A stretch of DNA of 64,000 nucleotides from Alphaproteobacteria bacterium (GCA_030424975.1 JAUHVY010000001.1:57093-121092), one strand, 5' to 3'. Numbered from the stretch's first letter, positions 9,310 to 20,074 are shown. Notes: generated by a model not told the origin, from the letters alone. Numbers and translations: made by a program.

Positions 9310-9753
9310 ATGCAGATGTTATCGAACAAATTATATTTGGCCATGAATGCGGCGCTTTTTATTGCTTATAACGGGACGGAAGACGTGCCGGTATCAGGCA
9401 GTGCAATCGTAGACTACTGTAACTTGAACAAGCGCGCGCTGGAGCCTATCTTGCAACGCCTGTCGGGTGAGGGGTTAATCGAATCAATTAAGGGCGCAAA
9501 AGGCGGGTATTACATGCCGCGTCCTGATGCTGTGACCCTGCGCGATGTTGCAGATGCCTTTATCACCGATGTTGTGCCGCAAAAGCATGATTTCGCGGGG
9601 TATAATTCGGTGTTGGATGACAAGTTGGAGCAATGCTACGATAGTTGGCTCGACAGTTTATCCGATATTAGTTTTAAGCGTTTATGCCATAACGCCAGAA
9701 CGTTGGGGCAGGTTGCGCCGATCAATGAGCCTGTTTTGAATTTCGCCATTTAG
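9310..9753 (+). CDS. Rrf2 family transcriptional regulator
   Basis: LSNKLYLAMNAALFIAYN...VSGSAIVDYCNLNKRALEPILQRLSGEGLIESIKGAKGGYYM is an Rrf2-type winged HTH. It is divergent from cysG. The true start may be the second ATG (9316). Confidence 0.75.
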   Translation: MQMLSNKLYLAMNAALFIAYNGTEDVPVSGSAIVDYCNLNKRALEPILQRLSGEGLIESIKGAKGGYYMPRPDAVTLRDVADAFITDVVPQKHDFAGYNSVLDDKLEQCYDSWLDSLSDISFKRLCHNARTLGQVAPINEPVLNFAI

Positions 9754-9824
9754 AAAAATGAACTTTTGCGGCGTATAGCGCGTTATTCCTTTGCAATTTT
9801 TTACCCACCTATTAAGGTACGCGC

Positions 9825-11603
9825 ATGAAATTTGTTTTGCGTTTATCCTTGCTGATCTGTTGTGTCATGCTGTCATCCTGCGTGACATCAGAGGGCTTTG
9901 ATAAATTTAAAAAGAAAGTAGCGTTCTGGTCGGAAAGCGACAAGACGATCGATTTTACGGTTCATGGTATTGATGATGATGACGATACCAAACAATTCAT
10001 CGAAAGAATTCTAAAACAGCAAGAGTTTGACAGGCTTGATAATCCTGATGAGCGCGAATATGCGTTAAGTGTACTTCAAAGCAATACTGAAAAGGCATTG
10101 CAGTCCAAAGGGTATTACGAAGCCGAAGTCTCGGTCACGGAAGAGGATGACGCGGCCGTTATTCACATTGATGCGGGAGAGCCGATGCGCATAGGCTCCA
10201 TATCAATTAACCCGTCTTCGCACAAGGAATTGCTGGAGATTATCTCCATTAAAGAGGGTGACGTACTGGACGCGGCAAAAGTCTTGGCCGATCAGGGTAA
10301 GATATATAATAAAATTCAGGAAAAGAATTGCGCCTTTAGTTTATCGGTGAAAAACCGTGTATCTCTGAACGGTGATACAAATCGCGCAAATATTGTGTTT
10401 GATGTGTTGCAAGGCAAGGCCGCGAGCTTTGGCGATATCAGTTTCACGGGGCAGAAAACAATAGATAAATCCTATCTGGATAAGCTGATCTCCATCGAAG
10501 AGGGAAAGTGTTTTCAGCAAACAAAAATTCAATCAATGCGTGATGAGGTTATGAGCACGGGGCTATTTTCTCGTGTAGAGACGGTTCTGCCTAAAAATGC
10601 CGATGGTGTATCCGTTATTCCCGTGGAGTTTGCGCTGACAGAGCGTAAGCACCGTACCGTGCGCGCAGGGATGAGCTATTACACAGATGAAGGGCTCGGA
10701 CTTATCCTTGGTTGGCAACACAGGAATTTTCTAGGCTCTGCTGAGAAACTGGACTTGACCTTAAAGCTGTCGCAACTTGAGCAATCATTGGGTGCGACCA
10801 TGTCAAAACCGTTTTTTATGCGCAAGGATCAGTCGTTAAATTTTCATGCCGGTTTAAAACGTGAGGATACCGACGCGTACGAGCAATTCGGTATCAATTT
10901 TGGCGGTGGTATAAAACGCAAATTTAATAAGCGTTTGAGCGCCGATGCAGGGCTTGATTTTGAAATTACGCGCATTACCGAAGAAAATGATGATGATCAG
11001 GAAACGTTTGCTCTGTTTAACCCGTATGTTGGGCTGACATATGATTCCCGTGATAATGCATTGGATCCGCACAAAGGGTGGTTAATCGGTGTGAATGCGG
11101 GACCGACCATCGATCTATTCGGGCAGGCAGACCCGTATGTGAAAACCGTTGTAAAGGTGCAGACCTATAAAGAAGTACACGAAAAACTGGTTTTAGCCGC
11201 GCGAACAAAGCTTGGTACTATATGGGGCGGAAGCTCTGGTGATTTGCCCGCGACGGAGCGTTTCTTTGCGGGCGGCGGCGGATCAGTTCGTGGTTTCGGT
11301 TATCAGGAAGTCGGGCCGTTCCAAGATGGCGACCCGCTAGGCGGGCGTTCGGTGTTTGAAGCATCATTGGAAACACGCTTTAAATTCACCGATACGCTGG
11401 GTGGTGTGCTTTTTGCCGATGCAGGTCAGGTGAGCGATGAGGTCACGCCAAGTTTCAGTGATATGGCGATCGGTGCCGGTGCGGGTTTTCGTTATTATAC
11501 AGGGTTTGGGCCATTGCGTTTTGATGTAGGTGTTCCGTTAAGCGGTGATGAGAATACATCTGATAATTTTCAGGTTTATATCAGTATCGGACAATCGTTT
11601 TAG
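9825..11603 (+). CDS. tamA: TamA-like Omp85 family outer membrane protein (translocation and assembly module)
   Basis: Signal peptide with a Cys, POTRA-like repeats, and an Omp85 barrel C-terminus (ERFFAGGGGSVRGFGYQEVGP...GAGFRYYTGFGPLRFDVGVPL). Followed 14 nt later by a DUF490/TamB gene. Confidence 0.8.
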   Translation: MKFVLRLSLLICCVMLSSCVTSEGFDKFKKKVAFWSESDKTIDFTVHGIDDDDDTKQFIERILKQQEFDRLDNPDEREYALSVLQSNTEKALQSKGYYEAEVSVTEEDDAAVIHIDAGEPMRIGSISINPSSHKELLEIISIKEGDVLDAAKVLADQGKIYNKIQEKNCAFSLSVKNRVSLNGDTNRANIVFDVLQGKAASFGDISFTGQKTIDKSYLDKLISIEEGKCFQQTKIQSMRDEVMSTGLFSRVETVLPKNADGVSVIPVEFALTERKHRTVRAGMSYYTDEGLGLILGWQHRNFLGSAEKLDLTLKLSQLEQSLGATMSKPFFMRKDQSLNFHAGLKREDTDAYEQFGINFGGGIKRKFNKRLSADAGLDFEITRITEENDDDQETFALFNPYVGLTYDSRDNALDPHKGWLIGVNAGPTIDLFGQADPYVKTVVKVQTYKEVHEKLVLAARTKLGTIWGGSSGDLPATERFFAGGGGSVRGFGYQEVGPFQDGDPLGGRSVFEASLETRFKFTDTLGGVLFADAGQVSDEVTPSFSDMAIGAGAGFRYYTGFGPLRFDVGVPLSGDENTSDNFQVYISIGQSF

Positions 11604-11617
11604 GTGGTGGTGCAGAT

Positions 11618-14023
11618 ATGTCAGATGAAAAACAGCAAGAAGTAAAGCCCGATATCGATGTGACGCAAAAAGCCACACCGAAGAAAGAGAAACGTAAGAA
11701 AAGGGCTAAAGCCACAAGAAACGCCGCGGAAAAAGCCAAAAAGCCGCTAACCCTCGCGCGTGTTGTATCACGTGTTTTGAGGCGTTTTTATAAATTGGCG
11801 GTTTGGCTGATGGCTTTTATTTTGTGCCTGATTATTGTGGTGCAGATTGCCTTTTGGGGGGCATTGGTTTGGATCAATTCATCATCGGGTCAAAAGTTCA
11901 TTCAGGCGCGTTTAGGGGACGGCTTGGAGGGGAGCGGTTACCGCGTACAGATCAGTAATTTTTCTTATTTGCTTTTAACGCAGATGAGCCTTGGTGGCAT
12001 TACGGTTTATCAAGGAGATGAAAAAATGATTGAGGCATCCTCTGTATATTTGGATGTTGATTTGTTTCCCTTGAAAGATAAAAAGCTCTTTGTCGATCTT
12101 GATATTGGTACATTAACCGTTTTCAAAACCGAAAATAAACCCAAGGCAAGCCCGCCGCAACAAAGTGCGGAGATACAGGCCATTGAGGTCGCGCCGATGG
12201 TCATGCCGGATGTGTATTTTAAGGACATCTATATTGATGATATCAACATTGTTTCTTTGGTGCTTCAGGGTGAGGCGAATGATACATATATCAGCCCTGT
12301 GATAAAGGCGCATATCGATTTAAATGATACGCAAAAAATTGTCGCGAATTTAGAATATAAAGACCAAACAGCGGTAAATTCTTTTCCGCGTAATATTAAA
12401 ATGACTGGCAATTATGATGTGCAAAATGCGGTTTTCTCGTTAACGCCTGTGAACATATCAAGCGCGCAATATAACGTTACGGCGCAGGCGGGCGGTACAC
12501 TGCGTAAAGATCAAAACATTTCCTTAAATGCCAAAGTAACCCCAAAAGGACGCGATGATTTGTCGCCTTTAACACTTGATCTTTCTGTTAAAAATACTGT
12601 GAACCCATCGCTCAATATCAAGGCAAAGAGCCGTTATGCAGATAAAGACGTTAGCGTATCATCCAATGTTCAGACAATGGGCGGGGATATAAACGCGAAA
12701 AATATCCGCATTTTATTACCTGATTTAACGGTGAGCGGGAACGCGACATATCATGGTGCATCGTCTGCCGTCAGCGGTAAAGTTTCAGGCACATTGGAAC
12801 GGTTATCGGCATATCGAGAATATGTGGGCGCAGATCATACAATTAAGCCGCTAAGCTTTAATGTTGATTTTAATGTCGGAGAAGCAGGGCAGCGTGCAAA
12901 AATACAGGCGAATACGGCATCTTATCGAAATGCGTCATTAAATGTGGCGGTGCGTGATATTGCCTTATCGGCGTTATATGAAAACGATATCGTGACCATC
13001 GAGCGTCTGAGCATGAAAGATAAAGCTGAAGGCACGATGAATGCGGGTGGTGCATATAATATCAAAACGCAAAGCGTGGATTTTACGGCGAAAATCAAAG
13101 ATTTGAATGCCCTGAAAGGGGATATGTTGAACGGCACTATGAGCGCGAATATCAGCCTGAAGGGGGATCCTGAGGGGTATGCATTAAACGGTAAAATCAG
13201 CCCGAATAAAATAGAAGTGAAGTTACCGGAAAAATTTGCAACCAGTATCCCGCAGCTTAACATCGAGAAAAAGCAAAAGGCGCAGAAAAAGCCCGAGCAT
13301 GATATGCTGAGTGTGATTGCATTAGATGTTATCGTGGATGCGCCGCGTCAGATTTTCGTCCGTGGTTGGGGGCTGGATGCGGAGTTTGGTGGTCAGCTGG
13401 AAATAGATGGATTTGCCAATGATCCGCAATTTATGGGCTCTTTTGATGTGCTGCGCGGTCGATACAGTGAGTTTGGTAAGAAATTCACACTCAGTAAGGC
13501 GCAGCTTTTATTCGGTGGTTCAATCCCGCCATATCCGAAAATGGATATTGTGGCGGAAACCGATGCGGGTGATGTCACCGCACAGGTACTTATCGGTGGC
13601 AGCACAACCAAGCCGGAAATTACATTTGCATCCGTTCCTGCATTGCCGCAGGACGAAGTAATGGCGCGTATTTTATTTGGTGAAAGCATGGAGCGCTTAA
13701 CCCCGTTTCAAGCCGTGCAGTTGACACAAACAATTCAGCGGTTTTCCGGAAATGGCGGCGGCGGCTTTGATCCGATAGGTGGTTTCCGCGCGGTTACGGG
13801 CCTGGATGATTTGACTGTGGAGACGAATGAAGAAGGCGGCGCAACAGTTGGCGCAGGGAAGTACCTTACGGATAATGTTTATCTTGAGTTTGAAACAGGA
13901 TCAGAGCCCGGAAGCAGCAAAGCGAATATTGAAGTTGAGCTGAGCCCGACTATCACATTAGAAAGTGAAATCGGTCAGGATGCACAAGCGGGCGGCGGCG
14001 TGTTTTGGGAATGGGATTATTAA
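11618..14023 (+). CDS. tamB: TamB-like translocation and assembly module protein (DUF490 C-terminus), short form
   Basis: Lys-rich N-terminus, one TM anchor (LAVWLMAFILCLIIVVQIAFW), a long beta-rich repeat region, and a DUF490-type C-terminus (GKYLTDNVYLEFETG...ANIEVELSPTITLESEIG). Paired with tamA. Confidence 0.75.
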   Translation: MSDEKQQEVKPDIDVTQKATPKKEKRKKRAKATRNAAEKAKKPLTLARVVSRVLRRFYKLAVWLMAFILCLIIVVQIAFWGALVWINSSSGQKFIQARLGDGLEGSGYRVQISNFSYLLLTQMSLGGITVYQGDEKMIEASSVYLDVDLFPLKDKKLFVDLDIGTLTVFKTENKPKASPPQQSAEIQAIEVAPMVMPDVYFKDIYIDDINIVSLVLQGEANDTYISPVIKAHIDLNDTQKIVANLEYKDQTAVNSFPRNIKMTGNYDVQNAVFSLTPVNISSAQYNVTAQAGGTLRKDQNISLNAKVTPKGRDDLSPLTLDLSVKNTVNPSLNIKAKSRYADKDVSVSSNVQTMGGDINAKNIRILLPDLTVSGNATYHGASSAVSGKVSGTLERLSAYREYVGADHTIKPLSFNVDFNVGEAGQRAKIQANTASYRNASLNVAVRDIALSALYENDIVTIERLSMKDKAEGTMNAGGAYNIKTQSVDFTAKIKDLNALKGDMLNGTMSANISLKGDPEGYALNGKISPNKIEVKLPEKFATSIPQLNIEKKQKAQKKPEHDMLSVIALDVIVDAPRQIFVRGWGLDAEFGGQLEIDGFANDPQFMGSFDVLRGRYSEFGKKFTLSKAQLLFGGSIPPYPKMDIVAETDAGDVTAQVLIGGSTTKPEITFASVPALPQDEVMARILFGESMERLTPFQAVQLTQTIQRFSGNGGGGFDPIGGFRAVTGLDDLTVETNEEGGATVGAGKYLTDNVYLEFETGSEPGSSKANIEVELSPTITLESEIGQDAQAGGGVFWEWDY

Positions 14024-17000
14024 TTTACCCCCCCATGGTAAGAGCGTGGCTTTCCCTTAAGGAAATCAATGGTTCCAATGATTTTTCGCTGAATATCTTC
14101 GTTGATCATATATAGCGCAGGGATAAGCAATAAGGTCAGGAATGTTGCAAACACAATCCCAAACCCTAATGAAATTGCCATTGGAATAAGAAAGCGCGCC
14201 TGCAAGGATGTTTCAAGCATCATTGGTGCCAGCCCAAGGAATGTTGTTAATGTCGTTAGAATAATCGGGCGGAAACGCTGTGATGCGGCCTTGATGACGG
14301 CATTAAAGTGATGTGCTTCTTCTTCTCGGAGTTGGTTTGCGCGATCGATCAAGATCAGGGAATCGTTAATGACAACCCCGGCCAAGGCGATAATGCCAAA
14401 CATGGAAACAATACTCATCGGCATGTCCATAATATAATGGCCTGCAATCGCACCGACCATGCTGAAAGGGATGGCAATCATAATCATGAACGGCTGGCTG
14501 TAGCTCGAGAACAGAATGGCTAGAATCGCATACATAACAAATAAGATCCCGAACATTCCGATAAACAAGGACTGCAAGCTTTCGCTCATATCAGCTTGTT
14601 GTCCTTCGAAAGAATAAGACAGGCCGGGATATTCACGCATTAATTGAGGCATTATTTCCGTATCTAGTGCATTCTTAATCAAATTTGTTTCCGATGGCGG
14701 GTTGATGCGTGATTCAATGGTTACAACGCGGCGACTGTCTCGGCGATTAATTGTTGTATATGCGCGGCCGACATCGGCTTTGACAACATCAAACAGCATA
14801 ACATCTGCGCCATCCGGTGTTTTGATCATGGCATTTTGGAAATGGTAGCTGGAGTTGCGCTCTTCTTCGGGCAGCATAACAAGGACGCGTACTTCGTTAC
14901 GTCCTCGTTGCTGTTTTAAGGCTTCACTACCGTAATAAGATCCGCGTACCTGTCGCCCGACATCGGCAGGGGTCAGGCCAAGTGCGTACCCTAAATCAGT
15001 GAGGGTGAAGTCAAATTGGCGTTTTCCTTGCGCGGTTCCGTCATCGATATCTTGCGTGCTTGGGTATTCAGATAAAATTTCAGAAAGTTTAACCGCAGCC
15101 TCGTCAAGGATGTCGGTGTTATCGTGGCTGATTTCGATAGACAGATCGGCACCGGATCCCGGGCCACCGTGATTTGATTCAAAACTCAATTTCTCCATGC
15201 CCGGAATCGGCCCGACGCGTTCGCGCCAAAGCTCTGTGATTTTTGCTGTGCTGACAGGGCGAATTTCAGGATCGGTTAAGAACGCATAGATTGTTATTTC
15301 GTTTTCATTAACCGATGAGTATACGCCCTTAGACAGGGTATCCCCGCCATTTTCTACGATGATCTCTTGAACCGCGTGAATAAGGTCTTCTTCGATCTTT
15401 TTGACATCTTTGCGGGGAGAGCCAACCTTTAATACGGCTTGCGCATAGGCAAAGTCGGATTCAACGCGCGGGAACATTTGTAAGCCCAGGCGGCCGCTGG
15501 CAACGTAGCTGCCTGTGAAGATCAAAATGAACAAGAACACCGAGAGAGAAATATATCGATAGGATAATGATTTGTGCAAAAACGGAACATATCTGTTTTG
15601 AATAAAGTTATTGAATTTTTTGTTAAACCCTTTTTGAAAGCCGATAATTTGTTGCAGGAATGCGTTTTTAACATTCTTAGATTGTTGGAATGTTAAATGC
15701 GCCGGCAAGATGAATAAGCTCTCGAAGAGGGACACGATAAATGTGGCAATCACGACGACGGGAATAATACTAAAAATTTTCCCCATGAATCCCGGCATGA
15801 AAAACATAGGCAGGAACGCGATGATGTTGGTTAATACGCTGATGAAGACTGGAATCGCCATTTGGCGCGCACCTTCGACACTGGCTGCGAGGGGCTTTAA
15901 TCCCTGTTCTCGTTTGTGATAAATGTTTTCACCGACAACAATGGCGTCATCAACAACAATCCCCAAGGCGATGATAAAGGCAAACATCGAAACCATGTTG
16001 ATCGAGAAGTAATGAGCACCGGGGAACAGCAGAAATGCTCCCATATAAGAAATCGGTATGCCCATACTGACCCAAAACGCAAGGCGAACATCCAAAAACA
16101 GGGTGAGGAAAATAACCACCAGCACAAGCCCCAGCAGGCCGTTATTAACGAGCAAGTTTGCACGTTGTTGGAAGACCTCTGATGAATCGCGGGTAATCGC
16201 AAGATGTAGATCGCCGGGAAGCTCGTTTTCCAAATCGTGCATAACTTCTTTCACGGCATTGGATATCTGCACAGGTGTTTGCATTGCTGTAGATGATATA
16301 TCCATGCGCACGGCGGGTTTGTCATCAAATGTGCCATGAATGTTTATATCTTCGAACGTATCTGTGATGGTTGCAATATCTCCAAGATAAACAACACTAC
16401 CGCTGTCGTTTTTGATGATGGGGATGTCTTTAAACTCTGGCGCAAAATCACGGCGCTCTGTCATACGCACCAATACTTCACCCGCAACGGTTTTTAATGA
16501 ACCACCGCCAACCTCCAATGATGTTTGCGCGACAATATTGGCGACACTTTGTGTGGTCAGTCCGTATTTGCGTAAATTGTCTTGCGAGATTTCAATGTGA
16601 ATTTGGTGGTCACGTGTTCCGCTTAGCTCGACAAGGCTGATATTTTTATGTTGTTCCAGACGTGACCTGACGACGTCTGCGGTATCACGAAGAACATTTT
16701 CGCTGACGCTGCCTGAAAGAACGAGGGTGATCACAACCTCTTCGTTTTTGTTCAAGGTAACCGTCAGGTTCTCTGCATCAACCGGGAAGGTTGTTATGCT
16801 GTCTACTGCTGTTTTGATGTCTTGCAATATGCGTAAGGTTTCTTCTTCGTCATCAATTTCGACTATAACGTGACCATACGCTTCATATGCAGCAGAGGTC
16901 ATTTCGCCGATACCGTCAATGTCTTTTACGGCATCCTCAATCGAAAGGATGATCCCTTGCTCAACCTCGGCTGGGCTGGCTCCCGGATAGCTCATTGTGA

Positions 17001-17178
17001 TGGTAGCCATATCCATTGAAAATTCGGGAAAGACTTCTTGCTTGCTTGTGTAAAGCATAAGGAAGCCGCCCACCAACATCACGATCATAAGCAAATTGGC
17101 AGCAACAGGGTGTGAGGCCATCCATGCAATGGGGCCGGGTTTTATGTTTTCCAATTCGCTTTTGTCGAAATGCGCCAT
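14020..17178 (-). CDS. RND efflux transporter permease (AcrB/HAE family)
   Basis: 1052 aa with a 12-TM AcrB-like layout. Starts IAWMASHPVAANLLMIVMLVGG and has two large periplasmic loops. Last gene of the OMF-MFP-RND operon. Confidence 0.92.
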   Translation of the reverse strand: MAHFDKSELENIKPGPIAWMASHPVAANLLMIVMLVGGFLMLYTSKQEVFPEFSMDMATITMSYPGASPAEVEQGIILSIEDAVKDIDGIGEMTSAAYEAYGHVIVEIDDEEETLRILQDIKTAVDSITTFPVDAENLTVTLNKNEEVVITLVLSGSVSENVLRDTADVVRSRLEQHKNISLVELSGTRDHQIHIEISQDNLRKYGLTTQSVANIVAQTSLEVGGGSLKTVAGEVLVRMTERRDFAPEFKDIPIIKNDSGSVVYLGDIATITDTFEDINIHGTFDDKPAVRMDISSTAMQTPVQISNAVKEVMHDLENELPGDLHLAITRDSSEVFQQRANLLVNNGLLGLVLVVIFLTLFLDVRLAFWVSMGIPISYMGAFLLFPGAHYFSINMVSMFAFIIALGIVVDDAIVVGENIYHKREQGLKPLAASVEGARQMAIPVFISVLTNIIAFLPMFFMPGFMGKIFSIIPVVVIATFIVSLFESLFILPAHLTFQQSKNVKNAFLQQIIGFQKGFNKKFNNFIQNRYVPFLHKSLSYRYISLSVFLFILIFTGSYVASGRLGLQMFPRVESDFAYAQAVLKVGSPRKDVKKIEEDLIHAVQEIIVENGGDTLSKGVYSSVNENEITIYAFLTDPEIRPVSTAKITELWRERVGPIPGMEKLSFESNHGGPGSGADLSIEISHDNTDILDEAAVKLSEILSEYPSTQDIDDGTAQGKRQFDFTLTDLGYALGLTPADVGRQVRGSYYGSEALKQQRGRNEVRVLVMLPEEERNSSYHFQNAMIKTPDGADVMLFDVVKADVGRAYTTINRRDSRRVVTIESRINPPSETNLIKNALDTEIMPQLMREYPGLSYSFEGQQADMSESLQSLFIGMFGILFVMYAILAILFSSYSQPFMIMIAIPFSMVGAIAGHYIMDMPMSIVSMFGIIALAGVVINDSLILIDRANQLREEEAHHFNAVIKAASQRFRPIILTTLTTFLGLAPMMLETSLQARFLIPMAISLGFGIVFATFLTLLLIPALYMINEDIQRKIIGTIDFLKGKPRSYHGGVN

Positions 17179-17184
17179 GTTTTT

Positions 17185-18435
17185 TTATTCCTGATCTGCC
17201 TGCATGTTATCGTTTGCAGCGGGCTTTTCCTCTGTGCGCAACGCTATCTCCATGCCATCGACAGGCGTGATAATGTCTGATGTGACAATCATGTCGCTCT
17301 TCTCAATTTCAGCATAAACATAGGCGTAGTTGCGATCTTCATACATGATATCGGCTTTGGGGGTTAATAGTGTATTGTTACGTAAAACCCAAATCGTGCT
17401 GTTTTCACGAATATATTGCTTTGGAAGTTTCAGGATATCTTTGAGTGTTTTACCTGTGATGCTGACTTTTACGAAATCACCAATTACCAACGGCGCGGCA
17501 TCAGGCGCATTATCATTCAACAACAGCGGATCAGGCACAGAGATCAGTATGCCGGCCATGCGGCTACGTTCATCAAGCTTGCCGTTCGTTTTTAAAACAT
17601 GGCCCTGTCGTTGACCGCGTGCACGGTCCATTTGAATGCTGGCGTTAGACCCCGGTGCATCGTCGTTCGCCGCCGGGACTTCTATCCAGTGCAGGTTATG
17701 AACAGGAATGTCGGCCATAATCCAGTATTCATCCGTCCCGACCAGTGTGGCAAGCGTGTCTTGGGTAGATATGACATTGCCAAGATTTGTCATGCGCTCT
17801 GTGATCAGAGCATTAAAAGGCACGGAAACACTTGTGCGCTCAAGGTTTATTTCCGCTGTCTTCACTGCTGATTGTGCGCTTTCCATCGCCGCGCGTGCAC
17901 TTTCCAGTTGCGGTTTACGTAAGGCAAGGTCGGTGCTCTTGAGTTTTTTTCCTGTGGTGTCTTGCAGGATTTTTAACTCGTTTTGCGCAATTTTTTGTTG
18001 GCCTTCTTCTAACATTAAGTCGGCTTGACTTTGTTTTGCGGCCGCTTGGCGCATTTCAAGGTCCAACATATAATCACGCGGGTCAATTTTGACGATTTCC
18101 TGACCTTTTTCAATGAAGCCGCCCGGAATGAAGTTCTCTGCTATGTTGATTATTTCGCCTGATACTTGTGCCTTCAGGTTAATTTCTCGGGCTGCGGTGA
18201 CTTGCCCCATGACTTCAACAATTACAGGGTGATCGCCCGTTTCGAAAGTTTCCGCTGTTACCAACACGACTTTATGTTCGTCTTGGTTTTTCTTTTCGGT
18301 TTTTTTCGGGAAGGCAATGAAGTAAGAGGCAACCGCAACCGCTGCGCCCAATATAAGAAATGTTAGGATAAGCCGCGGCCATATGGATTGCGGTTTTTCT
18401 TCTTTCGGGATATGGGGGACGTTTAATTCACTCAT
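17185..18435 (-). CDS. RND efflux periplasmic adaptor (membrane fusion protein, HlyD family)
   Basis: N-terminal TM anchor, a coiled-coil hairpin region (LDLEMRQAAAKQSQADLMLEEGQQKIAQNELK...), and barrel-sandwich/beta-barrel segments. Sits between the OMF and RND genes. Confidence 0.88.
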   Translation of the reverse strand: MSELNVPHIPKEEKPQSIWPRLILTFLILGAAVAVASYFIAFPKKTEKKNQDEHKVVLVTAETFETGDHPVIVEVMGQVTAAREINLKAQVSGEIINIAENFIPGGFIEKGQEIVKIDPRDYMLDLEMRQAAAKQSQADLMLEEGQQKIAQNELKILQDTTGKKLKSTDLALRKPQLESARAAMESAQSAVKTAEINLERTSVSVPFNALITERMTNLGNVISTQDTLATLVGTDEYWIMADIPVHNLHWIEVPAANDDAPGSNASIQMDRARGQRQGHVLKTNGKLDERSRMAGILISVPDPLLLNDNAPDAAPLVIGDFVKVSITGKTLKDILKLPKQYIRENSTIWVLRNNTLLTPKADIMYEDRNYAYVYAEIEKSDMIVTSDIITPVDGMEIALRTEEKPAANDNMQADQE

Positions 18436-18436
18436 A

Positions 18437-19870
18437 TCATTCGGCTTCCTCTGTTTGGTTTTGTTTTAAATAATCATCAGCCCATAAACGTCCGCCAATG
18501 GCGCGGTAAAGGCGCACGCGTTCTTTTGCCTGCAATAATTTTTCACGGGTGATTTGCTGTTCAAGTGATTGCGTACTGTTGAGGCTGTTTAACACGTTAA
18601 TATAAGAGCTATCTCCGTTTGCATATCCGATTTGTGCCTGTTCCAATGTTTTGCTTGCCGCATCATATTGCATGTTTAAAACATCCAGCTTTTGGTCTTG
18701 GTACGTGTTGCGGGTTAAGGCATTTTCAACCTCGTTAACGGCGTTCAGCACCGTTTCACGATAGGCATGATAGCGTTCATCAGCGATGGCCTCTTGTCTG
18801 GCTTGTTCTGCACGCAGGCGTCCGCCATCAATGATCGGTAACGCGATTTGCCCCGCCATATCAAGCAACCATGTTTCAAACAAGGCCGATAGCTTAGTCG
18901 CGCTAGTTGTATATGTGGCGTTTAGTTCAAAGTTTGGTAGCCTGTTTTTAAACGCGGCGTTCGATGCCCAATCTGCGGATGCCAGCCTATTCCAACTGGC
19001 AACGATATCTGCGCGGTTTTCCAAAATATCAGACGGTAATCCGGCCGCAGGGATAGGGGGGGCTTCTGGTAATTCACGCAATGTAATATCAATCGGCGCG
19101 CCCGGCATTTCACCGATCAATATTGAGAGATTGTTAAATGATTGTTGGCGCGATGAGAGTAGGTCCGGCAACAAGCTCTCGGAGGAGGCGAGGATCTCGC
19201 GCTGTTGCAGAATATCAAGCGCGCGTGCGCTTCCCATTTCAAAGCGCTTTTCCTGGAGCTCTAATATGGTTTTGTTGTTCTCAATTTGTGTTTCGGCAAG
19301 GCTTATTTGATCATTCAGGGATAGGATATCAAGCCAGTTTTCAACGATGTTCGCGCTTAAGGACACAATAGCAGTTTTGATGTCCTCTTTGCTGGCGCGC
19401 TCTAATGATTTTGAAGCGTTAAATTCATCAAGGTTCTTACCCCATAAATCCAGTTCATAACTTGCTGCGCCTGCGGCACTGTAAATAGTGGAATCTTGTG
19501 CGTTATCGCCATCTTGTTTGCTGGCCTGACCGCTTGCGCTCAGCGTTGGGAAGAGGCCCGCGCGGCTTACTTTTGCTTGCGCTTGGGCTTGTACAAGGCG
19601 TGCGCGCACTTGGTTCAGGCTCGGATTATCATTAAATGCCTTTTGCATCATCGTATTCAGCGCATCATTGTTGTAAATATGCCACCAATACGGGGTGTCG
19701 GTTAAAATGGAAACTTGTGGCGTTTCCGGTGTTTCGGACGCGTTGTAATGTGATCCGAAATGTAGGGATTGGCGGACTTTTTCGGTAAAGTCGCCCGCGC
19801 ATGAAGACAATAGCAAAGATGCACCCGCCATAATTATTATTCGACCATTGCGCCTGCGCGAGCCGTTCAT
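18437..19870 (-). CDS. efflux outer membrane factor lipoprotein (NodT family)
   Basis: Lipobox LLLSSC, the WW motif (PYWWHIYNNDALNTMMQKAFNDNPSL), two OEP repeats, and 477 aa. Confidence 0.88.
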   Translation of the reverse strand: MNGSRRRNGRIIIMAGASLLLSSCAGDFTEKVRQSLHFGSHYNASETPETPQVSILTDTPYWWHIYNNDALNTMMQKAFNDNPSLNQVRARLVQAQAQAKVSRAGLFPTLSASGQASKQDGDNAQDSTIYSAAGAASYELDLWGKNLDEFNASKSLERASKEDIKTAIVSLSANIVENWLDILSLNDQISLAETQIENNKTILELQEKRFEMGSARALDILQQREILASSESLLPDLLSSRQQSFNNLSILIGEMPGAPIDITLRELPEAPPIPAAGLPSDILENRADIVASWNRLASADWASNAAFKNRLPNFELNATYTTSATKLSALFETWLLDMAGQIALPIIDGGRLRAEQARQEAIADERYHAYRETVLNAVNEVENALTRNTYQDQKLDVLNMQYDAASKTLEQAQIGYANGDSSYINVLNSLNSTQSLEQQITREKLLQAKERVRLYRAIGGRLWADDYLKQNQTEEAE

Positions 19871-20074
19871 TTCAAGCTTTCTATGTTTGTGTTGAACGAA
19901 TACTATACGATTTAAGTCTAAAGAACATCCGTTTTGTTTGTTAAATTTATGTCATAAACATCAGATTTTAAAAGTTGTTCTAAAAGACTGCACAGTTAAT
20001 TTTTATCGATATTGGGACTATCCTTGTGGGGGGAGGCGATCAGGGTATTATGGCATATCAAGGGGAATCATATC

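Noticed and set aside
14020-14023. A 4-nt overlap of the convergent tamB and RND gene stop codons with no terminator between them
   Set aside because: Overlapping convergent stops (TTAA) occur commonly in compact genomes. There is no additional structure to interpret.
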